Position numbers and translations under genes: made by a program
In this document: positions 22,938 through 36,020 of the stretch, one piece after another
Layout: each line of letters starts with the position of its first letter
How positions within the stretch are numbered: position 1 is the stretch's first letter
DNA from: Phoronis australis
Taxonomy: Eukaryota; Animalia; Phoronida
Reading direction: 5' to 3'
DNA: 64,000 nt
NCBI GenBank assembly: GCA_002633005.1
Contig: NMRA01000012.1
Coordinates: 1,863,992 to 1,927,991, forward strand
The notes under the pieces: model-generated
The model's input: the letters and a program-made list of their open reading frames with translations, nothing else
Told to the model about the DNA's origin: nothing
Databases searched by the model: none

Positions 22938-24010
22938 TTTTTATGCGCCCACGTCCATTCGCCACGGTTGAGGATGGTTTGCGAACGGCTCCTACTGCAG
23001 TGGCCCCTCCTAGTGGCGTTTTTATCATTACGTGTATCTCCTAAACCCTCTGCAAGATCTTTGTGAGCAAGTGCATTTATATGAAGGCGAAAACAGGTGA
23101 CGATGACTTTCGGACAGGTCTAACTACATGTATTACTTTGCCCACGAGTTCTGGACGGATTTTTATGAAATTTGGCAAATAGACTATTAAAGAAGCGTTG
23201 ACTTCTGTTTTCAGATGGATTTGACGTAGGGCACGCCACCTAGTAACCGTTTTTTTATTTTTGACGTAGGCCTCTCTGTTGGTCAAACCACACTTGGGTT
23301 GTCCTTACTGGAAAGAATACGGCTGGCAATAATTTTTTGACGGCGCCGACTTCTGTGGCGCCGCCTGGTAGCAGTTTTGTTTTCTTTGCGTCTTTGGCTG
23401 TACATGTATCTCCTAAACCCTCTATAGGATCTTTGTTAACTTTGGCAAGTGTATTTGTGTGAAGGTGGTAACGGATGACGAAAAAATTCAGACGGATCCG
23501 ACTACTGCTGCGTCCATCTCTGTATCGGCTAAACCACCTTAAGAATCGTTTTGAAAATTGGTAAATGTGTTCCTAATGGGAAGAGCATGGCTGACGCTGA
23601 TTTGGACAGTTTGGCTGCTGTGGCGCTCCCTGGTGGTACTGGCAGTTGGCTTTTTTCGCATCTGCATCTGTTTCCCCTTGCAGGAACTTTGTGAAATTTG
23701 GGAAGTGTATGTAAAGGTGACAGCGGATGGCGACGACATTCTGTCGGATCCGACAACTACTGTGCTACCTAGTAAATATTTTGTGTTTTCCGTTTTCCTC
23801 CGTTTCTGTTGAGTTCCTTGATGGAGCTTTATAAAATTTAGCTAGTAGGTTTCTATTAATGAGGCGATAACACCTTTTCGTTTTCAGATGAAGTTGACAT
23901 AGTGTACGCCTCCTATTTTCTTATGCTTGAGTATTTTGGCATCCATCTCTCTATCAGCCAAACTACCACAAGAGTCGTTATGAAAATTCGTAAATGTGTC
24001 CCAGGGAAGA
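22938..24010 (+). mobile_element. HINE-like element with ~125-140 bp internal units, inverted relative to 3879-4943
   Basis: Starts TTTTTATGCGCCCAC. Repeated TGTATCTCCTAAACCCTCT, ATGAAATTTGG, CGGATCCGAC and CCTAGTGGC-like motifs are the reverse complement of the 3879-4943 units. Confidence 0.65.
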
Positions 24011-26039
24011 TAATGTCTGATAATGATGGGTCTTTGAGAAGCACTTGAGTAAAATGTTTTAATTATTTCAAATAAAAGTGCATGGGTGCGTTTATATACA
24101 ATGTACGGTACAGATGTATCTTGTAACCTGAAGTCATTGATGCAATACATATTCTATTTACTTATAATGTGTAAATACATGTACTTGCTTATGAGGTGGA
24201 AACGATTCCGTGGCGCGTCGTGCTCATACATATCCGGAGACCAGACTCCAGACCCGGGCTTCGCCGGGTACGTGAGGAAACTGATCTGTCAGCGACGAAG
24301 ACACGCTTGAGGATTCCTTCGTCGTCTCGTGCTCACCACCTTGTGAAAACAGTTGTTCTTATTGAGTGGGAAAATCCCTGCTTCCAGACCTGTGCTGAAT
24401 CACGTAATAACCCGCGGCTCCGTCGAAGAAACTAATTCTTACCACTTACCGCAGAAGACGGTAATGTTGTCTGATCGGTCACCTAGAGGTCTATAACTTT
24501 GAAAACATTAAATGGTTTAGACACGAGCTTTTCTGGGCTCTATAAACGTACAAATTGATTAACTTTGTAATGGGATATCTAAAATGCATCCCAGCATCAA
24601 ATCCCGGGCCTGCATTTTTCGTCACACTAACAAGTTGCTGACATCTGATAACTTTTAAGTCTTTAAAAAGACCTAGTAGCACACGCTTTTAGCCCTTAAG
24701 TTAAATGGTTAGTACATATGTTATAACGAAGCCATCAGTAACTACAGGATAATCCTAACCAAATCCATAGGCGAAAATATAAAAATCCCCACTTGTCACC
24801 AACTGGAGCCAAGAGGTACTCCGCCGTTTTTTTTAGATTTGTCGTTAAAGGAACGATTGAATAACAAGGCCGTCTATTCGACTGGTCTAAGCGTGTGCTA
24901 CGGGCAGTAAGATTGACTCTGGTAAACAATATAAACATTAAACAATGAACATGTAACATCAGAAAAAAAAATAAGTAAAATTTCTATACCGTAAAAATAA
25001 CGACTTGCGAAAAAACACATTTAGTGCAAAACCAAGGTACCGGTGGTCGGCGCCTTTTGTTTGGCGGTTGATGGCACGTCAACTGGTGGCGAAATAACGT
25101 AAGAATTTGAAGAAAACTTGTTATGTTGCCACACAGTAAAATACAAGTATTAATGAACTTAAAGTAAAAGGAAGAATTTTCATTCAAACTATCAGTTTAC
25201 TATCGAAGCCTGGCCGCAGACATCACTGCTCCGCGGCGCAGGATGAATACATTAATTAGCTCGGCGGGCCTAGACTAACTGAAATTCGTGCGTCATGCTC
25301 CTAACACTACAATATTTTCCCATCGCCAACATTCAGCTCATAGACTACAGTTCACTACACTTCCCCTACGCCGTTTGAGTTTTCAAACGCGAAATTTTTA
25401 TTTTTAGACAACGGAGCTATCAAATTTTTGTTAGGTTTTAAAATATACTTTGTCAATTTAGCTAGCGAGTATTTTTCCCGACGAAGTAACATGGCAACTA
25501 CCGGGAAAACTTCAGTCGCCGATTGTCGTGTTCGGGCAGCAAAAATCAAGCGACAGGTGCGCGTTATTGCAATTCAGGTGAGGAGCGTACTGTTTGTTTG
25601 TTCAAACATTGGTGTGATTGGATGTTTTTCTCTCCATTCAATATTTTTAACGGCCACTATAAAGCCGGTGCCGGTTTGCTGCCAAGTTACGAAGGGTGTT
25701 GGGACACAGCAGTTGCTGGTACTTTGCATCGGTTTCACGATACGGGTAAAGACAGAATATTTGCCCATCTAGAAAAGTTTTTCATCTAATTTATTACCAG
25801 AAAAGGTACTTTTGGTGAAATTCGACATACAGGTACCCTCGCAATGAGTCCGGTCACCTCTGCAGTAGTGCGGGAGATGCGACGTATTCACAATTTAAAC
25901 TGAAGATTGCATTAAATACCACTCGTCATACGCAAAGCACAGCTAAAATTTGGACAACAGATAATCAAGTTTGTATAAAAAAGCAAAATGAGAATCAAAA
26001 ACAACCAAATAAAATAATAGCGCTTATACGCTCGTGGGG

Positions 26040-26345
26040 ATATCAATACGTTTCAAGAACAATATGGCCCTCATTCGGGAATCGTTCCCTAAAAGGATAC
26101 CAAACCAAGTTTTGGCCTTGTTACAGATACTAAATTAGTGACTTAATTAGTACGCTTTTAGCGAATCCCAATGACAGGTGTGGGAAAAGACCACCCACCG
26201 AGGACCATAATGCCGAATTTGTGAGATAGGGAGTATGAGGTTTTCATCAGATAATTCCTCGTTTTATCTTAAAAGATTGCCACCAATGATGCATTAGCAG
26301 GCGACAGAACGAGGATTTGCTAAAGTCATCAAAACAGAGTTTAGG
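26040..26345 (+). repeat. Dispersed repeat family A copy
   Basis: Aligns by eye with 13400-13620. Confidence 0.75.
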
Positions 26346-26899
26346 TTCTTTTCAACTGATGCACAATGAAATCAGATCAAGGAAATAGACGGGAATAATC
26401 GATGATTTTCTGATCTCGGCTGAGGTACAAAACTCTATTCAAAAAGGCTTTAAGTTCATAACAGAAAAGAGGTGAATATTTACCGTGTTACCTATTACTA
26501 AATTTGGTACATATTTCGAAGTATTTGAATTAGGTTAACCCTTAGAGATAATGACTTTAAAGTCTAAGCTGAAGACGGGTCGTTAATACGTGCTACCACT
26601 TGGCTAACACAAAAAGGTTAAGAGCCCGATAGTAGCGACTGTTGCCGCAGCTGCGCCGCCACAGATACAAGATTAACTAATCGAAATTATCTATTCTTAA
26701 TATCATGTGGCGCGAATCTACTAGTTTGTCTTTTTGACATTGCTGATGATTTGTCGCGTTGGTCTTGGGAGGTGATCTATCGTTGTGACTTTTCAAATCA
26801 GAATTTGTGTATGTTTAATTTAACCGTGGGCCTACCCATTTAAACAGATTTAAAGGATCTCAGGCTGATAAACGTTTTCCATATAGAACGTTATTAATG

Positions 26900-27480
26900 A
26901 TTGAAAAAAGGTTGTTTTCATAGTCTCAGTGAAGGTATGGTGCATGTATAAGTAGAATCAACTTACTCATGCAGAGACTAAAATGTGAGCTCGTACGTTT
27001 CTGGCTACTCTCTACAGTCCTTTGTCAACGACTGATGACGGGACGTCCAGGTTTACCGCCGTTCTGTTCTCCGGAAGTAGAGGCTTGTTAGTCTTGATAT
27101 ATATGGATTGCTTAACTTTCCTTGAGAACCAGCTCTCCTCTTTAGCCAGGATCTTGGTGTGTTTACCACATACAGTATTGCCAGAGGTTCCCAGATGTTC
27201 TCCAATGCCAGTGGTCTTGTCCAGTTTGTTGTGGTCTTTGATTCTCAGGGGTAGGGCCTATACCCAAGGATCGCTTAGTCTCACCGATGTAGTTGATATA
27301 TGACACATCATTGGCGATCGAGAGGGTAGGGTCCTTGGGTTTCTCAGGGTATTAACGGGCTTCATATAGGTGTTGACATCGAAAGACTTATACACTAGAC
27401 GTAGATGTTCTGAGAGCCCCCTGATGTAGGGAATAGAGACTGAAGATGATTCTTCTATTCTTGGTCCCCAGAGGGCGTCT
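26900..27480 (-). mobile_element. Penelope-like retroelement 3' remnant (RT linker plus GIY-YIG endonuclease)
   Basis: SIPYIRGLSEHLRLVYKSFDVNTYMKPVNTLR followed by RIKDH..GIGEH..KILAKEESWFSRKVKQSIYIKTNKP; contains stops and frameshifts. Confidence 0.85.
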
Positions 27481-28728
27481 TCCCTAGGCCGACAAGGGGA
27501 AGCTTGAGTGCCCACTTTTGTTAATGTGTCGTTTTCTTGTGTTTGTTTTGTTGCGCGTAATAGTCCCTTACTTATATCTCGGACTAGAGGTCTGTGGTTC
27601 GAGCTTAGTGTATCATCACTTCCGGCAGAAACATGACTTTCCATTTTCTTTGCTGATTGCGTTGTACTTAGATTTAATTTAAAGATTAAAGTCACAACTG
27701 TTTTTTAAAATAGCTGCGGGAGCTCAGTTATTTAAAAATATGGAAACGTGAAACATTACTTCTCGATTACTTTTCTTTAGATCTAACAATAACCTTATGA
27801 AAGAACAAGCCTTTACTTGCATTTTTTTATCAAAGACATTTTTAAATGGCTTTGATTAACAAAATCTCTTTGATAACAATCACCTGCGCAGAAAGGATTT
27901 GATATAGGCTGTCGTGTATCTACAATTTGCGCTGAGTTGACCAGGCGTCTACAGAGGCGCCTGCAGGGGTTCATGACACGCTGCACCTACACCTACCTAG
28001 ACCAAGCTTCGTTCGGTAAATTGCATTCAGGTTGACTAAAAGCAATGTGGCTTAAGATTGATTAACATTAGCAACTACTAATTACGTGATTGATTCTGTT
28101 CATGCGGATAACTGCAAAATGGTTTAACTTATCGATCCTACAAAATAAGCTGCTGAAGTCATCTGGGTTCAATGGTTATTTTAATTATTCTCTTATATGA
28201 CTTAAAGCAGCATTTCGCATTGTTTAGCTAGCAAAAATGGATGTCGACGGAATGGGGACATTTCTCTCATAAATTTCGTCTCGTGATATTCCTTACCGTC
28301 ATAGGAATCTACTGAAACCAGCAAGAGTGTGGAAACTATGAGCAACCCAATAAAACGCTTCAAAGTGCATCAGGGTTGGCCAACACTATAAAATTGCAAT
28401 TTCTAAAATGGCGCGAGTTGATAACGAAAAGAATCCTATCATTGTGACGGCAATGAATAGTATGAAACCTATTTGATGAGAGCAAGAGGTCTAATTTAAC
28501 TTTCGTTTTTAGCCACAGGCAATTATAAACCGCAGCCGAGGGCGAAATGCAACTTTAAATGGTGAACAACCAAGCATTGAGAGAACAGATGCTTGCAAGT
28601 AAGGACGGTGACGAGAAACATAGTAAATTTCAGGCAAGTTCGAAGCACCGCTCAAGGGACACCAGTTGTATACGTGTGCCTAATACTTATTTGTTTGCTT
28701 CATTTAATAGCGTATATGCGCATTGGAA

Positions 28729-29847
28729 ATGAATGAAACAGAATTCAAGTCGGTCACGGTTGGCAATCCACAAACGTTTTCTAACAACACCAACGACAAT
28801 GTTACAGAAACTATCGGAGACTCTACGGATCTGGCTCGCGTTGCTTCGGAAATTTTCAAATTGGCCATCCCCGTTTATTTCGGAATTTCCCTAATCGGAA
28901 ACACGTTATCGATATGTGTCTTTGCACGGAAATCATTTCGTGAGACCTCGTATGGCGTCTATTTCATCATCCTAGCGTGTTTCGACATTCTGGCCTTGTT
29001 TTTTCACCTTTTAAGACTCTTCGTCTTCAATGTCTATCCAAAAGTTATCAGCAACCCCGTCGTGTGTGTTGTGTGGCGCACGTGTATGCAGAACAGCCGT
29101 AGGATTTCCAACTGGACCCTAGTCGCTCTGACAACGGACCGTATGATTGCAGTACTGTCCCCACTTCGAAGCTTCACTATGTGCACACCTAAAAGAGCCG
29201 TGCGTGTCGTCATTGGGATAATTTCTGCTTTAACTATAATTGGAGTAAAGAATATTTGGCTAGTTAGTGTCCAAAATGGTGTGTGCGTAGGTTACAATAT
29301 TCTTTATATGCACATTGTGCGCTGGATCAGTTTGCTCGAAGTGTGTATAGAAGGATTATTACCCGCTACTCTCATTTTGATATTCAACATCACTCTTATA
29401 GTCGGTCTCACTAAACAACGAGCGCAGTTGTCGCGACAAAACGACGGATCCATGTTAGAAATATCCCGACGCGACCATCAGGTTACCCGGATGCTACTTT
29501 TTGTTGCGTTCTTTTTTCTTATTACACTAATTCCTCGATTGGTATTCCGATTACTCAGGATGTTTATGGTGATTTGCCCACTGCCAAATCCGGGACCTGA
29601 TGGAGAAGCTTGTCAACTGGTTAACGATGCGTTTCAAAGTCTCTTAATGTGCAACCACGCTTTTAACTTCCTCCTTTACAGCATCACTGGTTCCAAGTTC
29701 AGGAACATGTTGAAGCTCGTGTGCTATTCATTATGCAAACGTCAACACACCAGAGGTACTACTACCAGAGGAGGGGTAACACGCTGCCGCACAGAGAGCT
29801 CGTTTACAGTATCTGTTCAGAGTTTGAACACCAAACGTGACCATTAA
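28729..29847 (+). CDS. Intronless rhodopsin-class GPCR, FMRFamide/peptide-receptor-like (invertebrate expanded type)
   Basis: Seven hydrophobic segments; GN in TM1, LAxxD in TM2, DRM in TM3, P in TM5 and TM6, NFLLY..GSKFR in TM7/helix 8; N-terminal NxS/T sequons. First ATG at 28729, with an acceptor at 28710. Confidence 0.93.
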   Translation: MNETEFKSVTVGNPQTFSNNTNDNVTETIGDSTDLARVASEIFKLAIPVYFGISLIGNTLSICVFARKSFRETSYGVYFIILACFDILALFFHLLRLFVFNVYPKVISNPVVCVVWRTCMQNSRRISNWTLVALTTDRMIAVLSPLRSFTMCTPKRAVRVVIGIISALTIIGVKNIWLVSVQNGVCVGYNILYMHIVRWISLLEVCIEGLLPATLILIFNITLIVGLTKQRAQLSRQNDGSMLEISRRDHQVTRMLLFVAFFFLITLIPRLVFRLLRMFMVICPLPNPGPDGEACQLVNDAFQSLLMCNHAFNFLLYSITGSKFRNMLKLVCYSLCKRQHTRGTTTRGGVTRCRTESSFTVSVQSLNTKRDH

Positions 29848-29974
29848 TCTTATAGCCCATCTTTGTACACGTATATACTTAACAACGCTCTTTGAAGTGC
29901 AGTATTTCGACGGATGTGCCCCGTCACACCAAACTCGTCTTAGGTAGGCCTACAGTACGCACCAGCTCATCTCA

Positions 29975-30253
29975 ACAGGGGCGGACTGGTACGTGGAAAC
30001 GGACAACTCTACAGTGAGCAAAAGGACGTCAGTGGCGACCAGGGGTAGCTAGAAAGTTGGGAGCAAAGTCGTGCGCAGGCCTACAGGGGTGTGGGTGGGA
30101 GTGGTGAAGGGGAAGACAAGGAATCGGCGTGAAAATTGTGGCCACCGAGACGAGTGCCGAAAACCCTGTGGCGACTGTGAGGCATCTCAAACTACAAGGG
30201 CCTAAGAATTGTTGTAGCTCGGCAAAGGCCCGAGAAACCTTAATCCACCACTA
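29975..30253. mobile_element. hAT-like MITE
   Basis: Imperfect termini CAGGGGCGGACT and AATCCACCACTA. Confidence 0.45.
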
Positions 30254-33200
30254 GGAAAGGTATTAGAAGGCTTCACACCAGTTTCAGCTTCCAACAATTG
30301 GTTTGCAGGTGTAGTAAGTGGATACGTCTTGTACTGACATCATTGTTTTTCAAGTCTCAGAATTGTGAGATCCCAGACGCTTTGCGCACCTACTATTGTG
30401 ACGTCTTATACAGATTCACTGCCAGAATGGATGAGGCAGAATTCACTGATTTTACAGCGATCCCTACCTTCCCAAGAACACCCCATGATAAAAGACTTCC
30501 TGCTCTCAATCGATTCGGATGTAACAAATAGGGACATTTAGGCATTAGTACCAATATGCAGTCTCCTATTACTAAGTTATGATGCGTACCTCGTTGTTTC
30601 AAGGTAGCGCATTCTAGGTTATAACATGATTTCCAGTCATGTCACTGTACAGTGAACACGTAACATAAACAGGAACAATCTGCTGTTTTGCTGCATTATT
30701 GTAATTTGTAAACAATGCTCATCCTTAATTCAGAGAAAACCTAACCTGCTCACCTGTACTACTACGGTATATTGACAATTCTTAAGCCCTCGGTGTAAAG
30801 ATTGGCCTTTCGCAAAAATTCTTATTTCTAATTCTTAACTAAAATATTCCCTGACGTTAATTTTCGAAATTTGCCGATTCCGAAAATTTCTTGTCAGCCC
30901 TACGAGACCACATAAATACGTTTATGCCGGTCTGTGAATCCGGAAATGATTTTTATCACGATGCCCTCTATTGATAAGAGCGACATTAACGCTACTGTGT
31001 TAGTGAACGCAATGAAAACGCCACGCTTTGAAGAATACAACTGAAAGTTTTGCAAATGCCAGGCATCAAATGCAAGAAATGCATGGCTTTCTTGTAGTAA
31101 AGGTTGCACTTGATTATTTCCGCGGGTTTTGCCGTGTCTGATAGGTGAATAACCGAACAGGTGTCTTAGGTGGTTGACCTGTCGGAACCGTCGAAGTCCA
31201 TCAATGCCTGTGAAGATATGACAACTCAGCAGTTGAGTGATTGGCTTTTGCTGCTTACTCCACAATAAATTTACGAGGAATTGGGCGGTGTACATTATAA
31301 GAAACTCGAATCGATTCTTTCCAGGAGGAATTCGATTATTTTCGATTCGATTCTTGTTTACCGCTCGTACCAATGTTAGCAATAAAATTGTTAAATCTGA
31401 TATGATTCTAACTAAGGAACGACCCTGAGCTAGATATTTGTTCAACTGAAGACTCAATATTGTTCAAAAATATAACAAAGTCGTAACTTTGCATGCGCGC
31501 ACCCAACCTAAAACATAGGGGGGCTCGAATTTTTCGGTATGCGGACAATTCACTGGAAAGAAATTCACGAGGACTAAAAAAACGCACGTACTGTGCATCT
31601 GCGCCGACTTCCCGTGAATTTTGTGGACTTTTATCTCATTTACTCGGACTGAGGCGGAAATTTTTGCCCAATTCTCCAAATTGGGGTCTCCTTTGAGCCC
31701 CCGAGCTCCCCCCTCCCCCCCCCGGGTGCGCCCATGCTTTGTAAGACACCTACTGTAACAGCAAAAATTGGAACTAAAACAGAATTGATGTACACATTGG
31801 TTGTAAGTATGGAAATCGGTTTCTCCGGCACCGTGGTTCGATTATCGTCGCGCCCTCATCATTACTCAAGAACCTTTTTACGACCAGCTGGACTTATTTC
31901 GTAATTACCGTTATTTTAATGTTACATGACGCATAAACGAGCATTATTTTAAAATGAGTAAAACATTAAATGGCCATAATCTGATTAAGTTTAAAACAAT
32001 ATGTGCTAATATTTTTTCTATTTTTAACCTATGAACAAATTATTTTTATGTGCTATTATTGTTATTTTATTGGTTATTGGTGCATTTTGAAAAAGCAGCT
32101 ATAAACCCACGTTTCGTCCAAAAACGAATTTCATGATTTCGAACTCTTACCTCAACTTACTGTTAATACTGAGATGAGAAGTGATTTCTGAGTTTGTAAA
32201 TAGCTGACATTTCGTTCTTCATCGAGACTACGCTGAGCGCAAAAATGACATCGTGACAAGGTAACTTGTAGAGACTGGTCTGAAGGAAAGTCCTTCTTGA
32301 GGGGAATTTCATGATGCAAGGATAATTTGAGGAGCGCCTAAAAATTTCATTGGCCCATTTCTCAACTCAGACCGACAGGCCCATTAAACTTGCTGTGTCG
32401 TATATCATCTTGAATAATACTCATTGCATTTAATTGTAACAAAACGACAATACAAAGAAGTTAAGCAAATTTAGTTCCAGTGACCAAAACAATCAATGCT
32501 AGCGATACAGATTCTAGGATATTGTGAAGAAATAGACCCCAACTATGGATACATGTGTTCGGTTAAATTGAAATGCAGTCAATGATATTGTATACCATAA
32601 TATCTTTGATGCAGTAAGTCGTTTTGACCAGGATCGGCGCGTAACGTATACTGGGTAACAAAGGAAATAGCACTCGTAAAAATGCCACAGCCTTGAACAG
32701 AATCGAAAAATCACAGAAAACACTAACGAGACCCACAGGTCTTAAGCTTTGAATTTGCTCTCGAACTTTAAGTCCCGTGGGCCACGTTTTTCTAAAATGA
32801 ACCTTGCAAGTCGTCTACATCTAAATTTGGCTTCCTGATGAAAGGTGGATTTATAGCAGGTGGGAAATCGTCCATCACACAAGTGGTGATGAAGCCAAGA
32901 TTTTCTCGTCATCAAGTGTTAAAGACTTGTTTATTGAAATATTTAGAGTAATAATGTGCAAGTTGGTGGTAGGATGACAGTGGTGTTCATAATGTTTTTT
33001 TTCTGTAAAAAAACGCCTGGAACAAAATAGAAACTGAACTCGTGTGTGTTTTAACAACTATTTGATGATTCCTGATCACATACTTCACCAATTCAAAATT
33101 AAAGAATGGCCTGCTTTTCTGACTAATGCGGCGTTCTGATATGGCCCATATAAAAATTGAATTTTGATAAGGCAGCCCAGACGACTGATCAGATAAGAAG

Positions 33201-35599
33201 GCAGATAAGGCGCTTTACCCACACACATTCGTCACTTTCCGTACGACGTTATAAAGTAAATATATTCCTATAAGTAATGATATGTACATCACACGGAAAT
33301 GGATGAACTTCGTATCGAACGAGCACAGTCCTACCCGCCATCTTAGAAGTAATTAATCTAAATTGACGATATTCATTGTCGTGCCGCGTGTCACGTAGCT
33401 AAAACATTATTCACTTAGCCGTCACTTAAAATTAACGCTTGCACGAAAAAAAAACAAGAAAAATAAACTCACCCCCTACACAGTTGATTCATTTTTTGTC
33501 AACGATTTGTACTTCAAAAGTTGATATTCACTGCAAGTTTAAATGTTGTGGTAATAAATAAAAAATGACACTACTTCGCAATACCATCGTCTTCATTTCT
33601 CATCGTTAGTAGTTCGCACTTTATGAATCCTTTTACCTTCCCATCACCAATTCGAGCTTCCCATTATGTGATCCGTCAAGTTTGAACTTCGGGGATTAGG
33701 TTTCGGGTCCAGATTAGAAAAACCGGAAAAGTGGACACTGCTCTGTGATCGCAAAAGAATGACATCATGACACGGCAAGTGACAATTTTGATCCATAAAT
33801 TAAAAGGACCCAGTCTTTATTTTCTTGGTTATCACAATTTTCTACACGATTATTAGGTTATCACCCCAGAAACGAAGACATTGACGGTCAAAACTATAAT
33901 GTCGGCCGTGATTTTTTGTGATTTTGGTCGTTATTTTAACTGTGAGGTTTTACGAGACGGTGAGGGCTTGGGGACAGGTTGTGTAGATTGAAATAGAAAA
34001 CAAAGAGTTAAATTGATATATCCGATTTTCTTAAGATATTTGTTACATTCAAAGTGTATGGTATGAAAATGAAATTTTTGCTCATACAACTTTGAATATA
34101 TAACAACACAGTCCACACGTGTTATGCTTGATCTGGCTACAAAAACAACTTTAAGATGTTCTCTGGGGAAGGTTCGATAAGATACACAAGCAGAAACTGT
34201 ACAATCCCTAATTTGGCAAATCTGAATCAGCAAATTATCACATAGGCATGAGAAGTGGGGGCGGAAGAGCGAGCCAGCCTCGTTCATGAAGCTGGCGGCG
34301 GAGGTACTGCCAGTGAGGTAACGAAAAGATGAACGGNGGGGGGGGGGTAAAAAAGCAAATCTGGTGTCAATGTAGTGTCGAACCTGATTTTCCACCGAGG
34401 GAAGGGGCGAAAAGGTACATGTAATATTGTTGGACGGACGTGGATGCAAAACTGGTGGTGACGCGAAAGAAGGGGTGGGCCGGGAGGCAAACAGGAGCGT
34501 GCGTTTACATCAGTTCGGCTCCACAAAAGGAAAGCTTCCTAATTTTATGCTATATTGCATTGTCATGCCCCGAATATTTCGTCTCAACGACAGTGCCGTT
34601 CTTACGGCAAGTGATACATGGTGTATCTCAGTGTGTCAGCTTTCATCGAGATACTCCCATGCCAGGCGCGGGGACTGATTCTAACGTACCGAGCGTCCAC
34701 AGGAAGAAACAGTTTATTCACTGTCTTATCATTTATTCTTCAAACATAACATTACAGATTGTTAACAATAATTTTGAAGCAATGGCATTCAAATACGACA
34801 TTACAAAATTGTTTACAATAGTGTTGGGGTAGTTAATTATATATGATGCACACGTCAGTCGCTCAGTGCAGGCCCATCTCAGATTAATTTAAGTATGCAA
34901 TATACGCATGTGAAAGGCTAACGTCAGCAAAGGTAGACTTCCATGGTTTCCAGAATTCCTGTAGTGCATTTGGATTTTTTTGCTTTAGAATACACTTCTC
35001 AGCAGTAAAACGCATTTTCAAATAATTCATAAAATTATTTATAGTTAAGGCATTCTCTTTAATTTTTGAAAAGTACAAGTAATATTTAGCGTGCAACAGA
35101 AGAAACCAAATGAGTAATCTGTTTTCTTTTTTAAACGGGGTTCCAACAAGTATTGTCTTTTTTTCGAATGGAGTTCGGAGTCGACCTTTGCTGATAACAG
35201 GCTCTCAATATCGCGACAAAAAGAGCGCGTGACGAAACCAGTCTACAAATACGTGTTCTCACATTCGTTCTTACATAAAGTACAAGAACCAGAATCAACA
35301 TAATAATAATTGGTCCGACAACATTTTTCAATTTGTAGTTCGGAGAAGGCCTTTACTGAACTGACCAAAGAAAGATATCGCAAAAAATCAACTTTTACGT
35401 TTTTCTTCTGCAAAAGTGATCGTATAAACGGAAAGCACCGTTACTATCCAAAATGTCATTCAAATAAAATGTATTTCATTCTCTAAAAAGGATTTCACGT
35501 AAAAGGTTGCTTGACTACTAGTATTTTACCGCTGCGTAATACTGCAACCGTGCTTGTCCATATCATTGCACTGTTTACTAGTTAAAGATACCCAATGCC

Positions 35600-35830
35600 G
35601 CAGTCATTCACGCCAAAACATGTTATTAACATTCCCCTTGATCGTCAAGAAAAAATCTATGATGATAGACCACTTTAGAATTGTTTTTACTCCCAATACA
35701 GATAACATTTGTTTTGGAATAACCCATTCTCAAGCCAGAAATATTTGCATAAAAATCTAGTACCTTCATCGTCTGCCAACTGAAGGAATCCGGAAAACCG
35801 TCTAAAATAAATGTTGTGTCAACCTCATAC
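35600..35830 (-). mobile_element. L1/Tx1 LINE reverse transcriptase fragment
   Basis: DTTFILDG...VLDFYANISGLRMGYSKTNVICIG resembles the RT region after the YADD motif. Confidence 0.7.
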
Positions 35831-35839
35831 TCACGGGTG

Positions 35840-36020
35840 AGAAACAACATGACCGCCGGTCCTCTTAAATGGGACCGCCTCACCCAAAACAGGACCTCCG
35901 GGGATCAAATGGGATCGTCGCACCAGAAAATGGGACTGACTCACCTAAAAACATGACCGCCCCACCAGAAAACAGGACCGCCGGGGACTGAACCTGACCG
36001 CCGGGGATTAAAACCGCAGT
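35840..36020. repeat. Short minisatellite (AAAACAGGACCGCC-type units of ~20-22 bp)
   Basis: About eight degenerate units. Confidence 0.7.

Noticed and set aside
30900-31457. 185-aa ORF on the - strand
   Set aside because: Non-ATG start, no recognisable motif or splice context, and it overlaps repeat-like sequence.
32827-32898. Hammerhead-like CTGATGA...GAAA flanked by an 8-bp stem TTGGCTTC/GAAGCCAA
   Set aside because: Helix II cannot form and there is no valid UH cleavage site.
33931-34449. 172-aa ORF on the - strand
   Set aside because: Contains an ambiguous base, has no domain similarity I recognise, and its composition looks non-coding.
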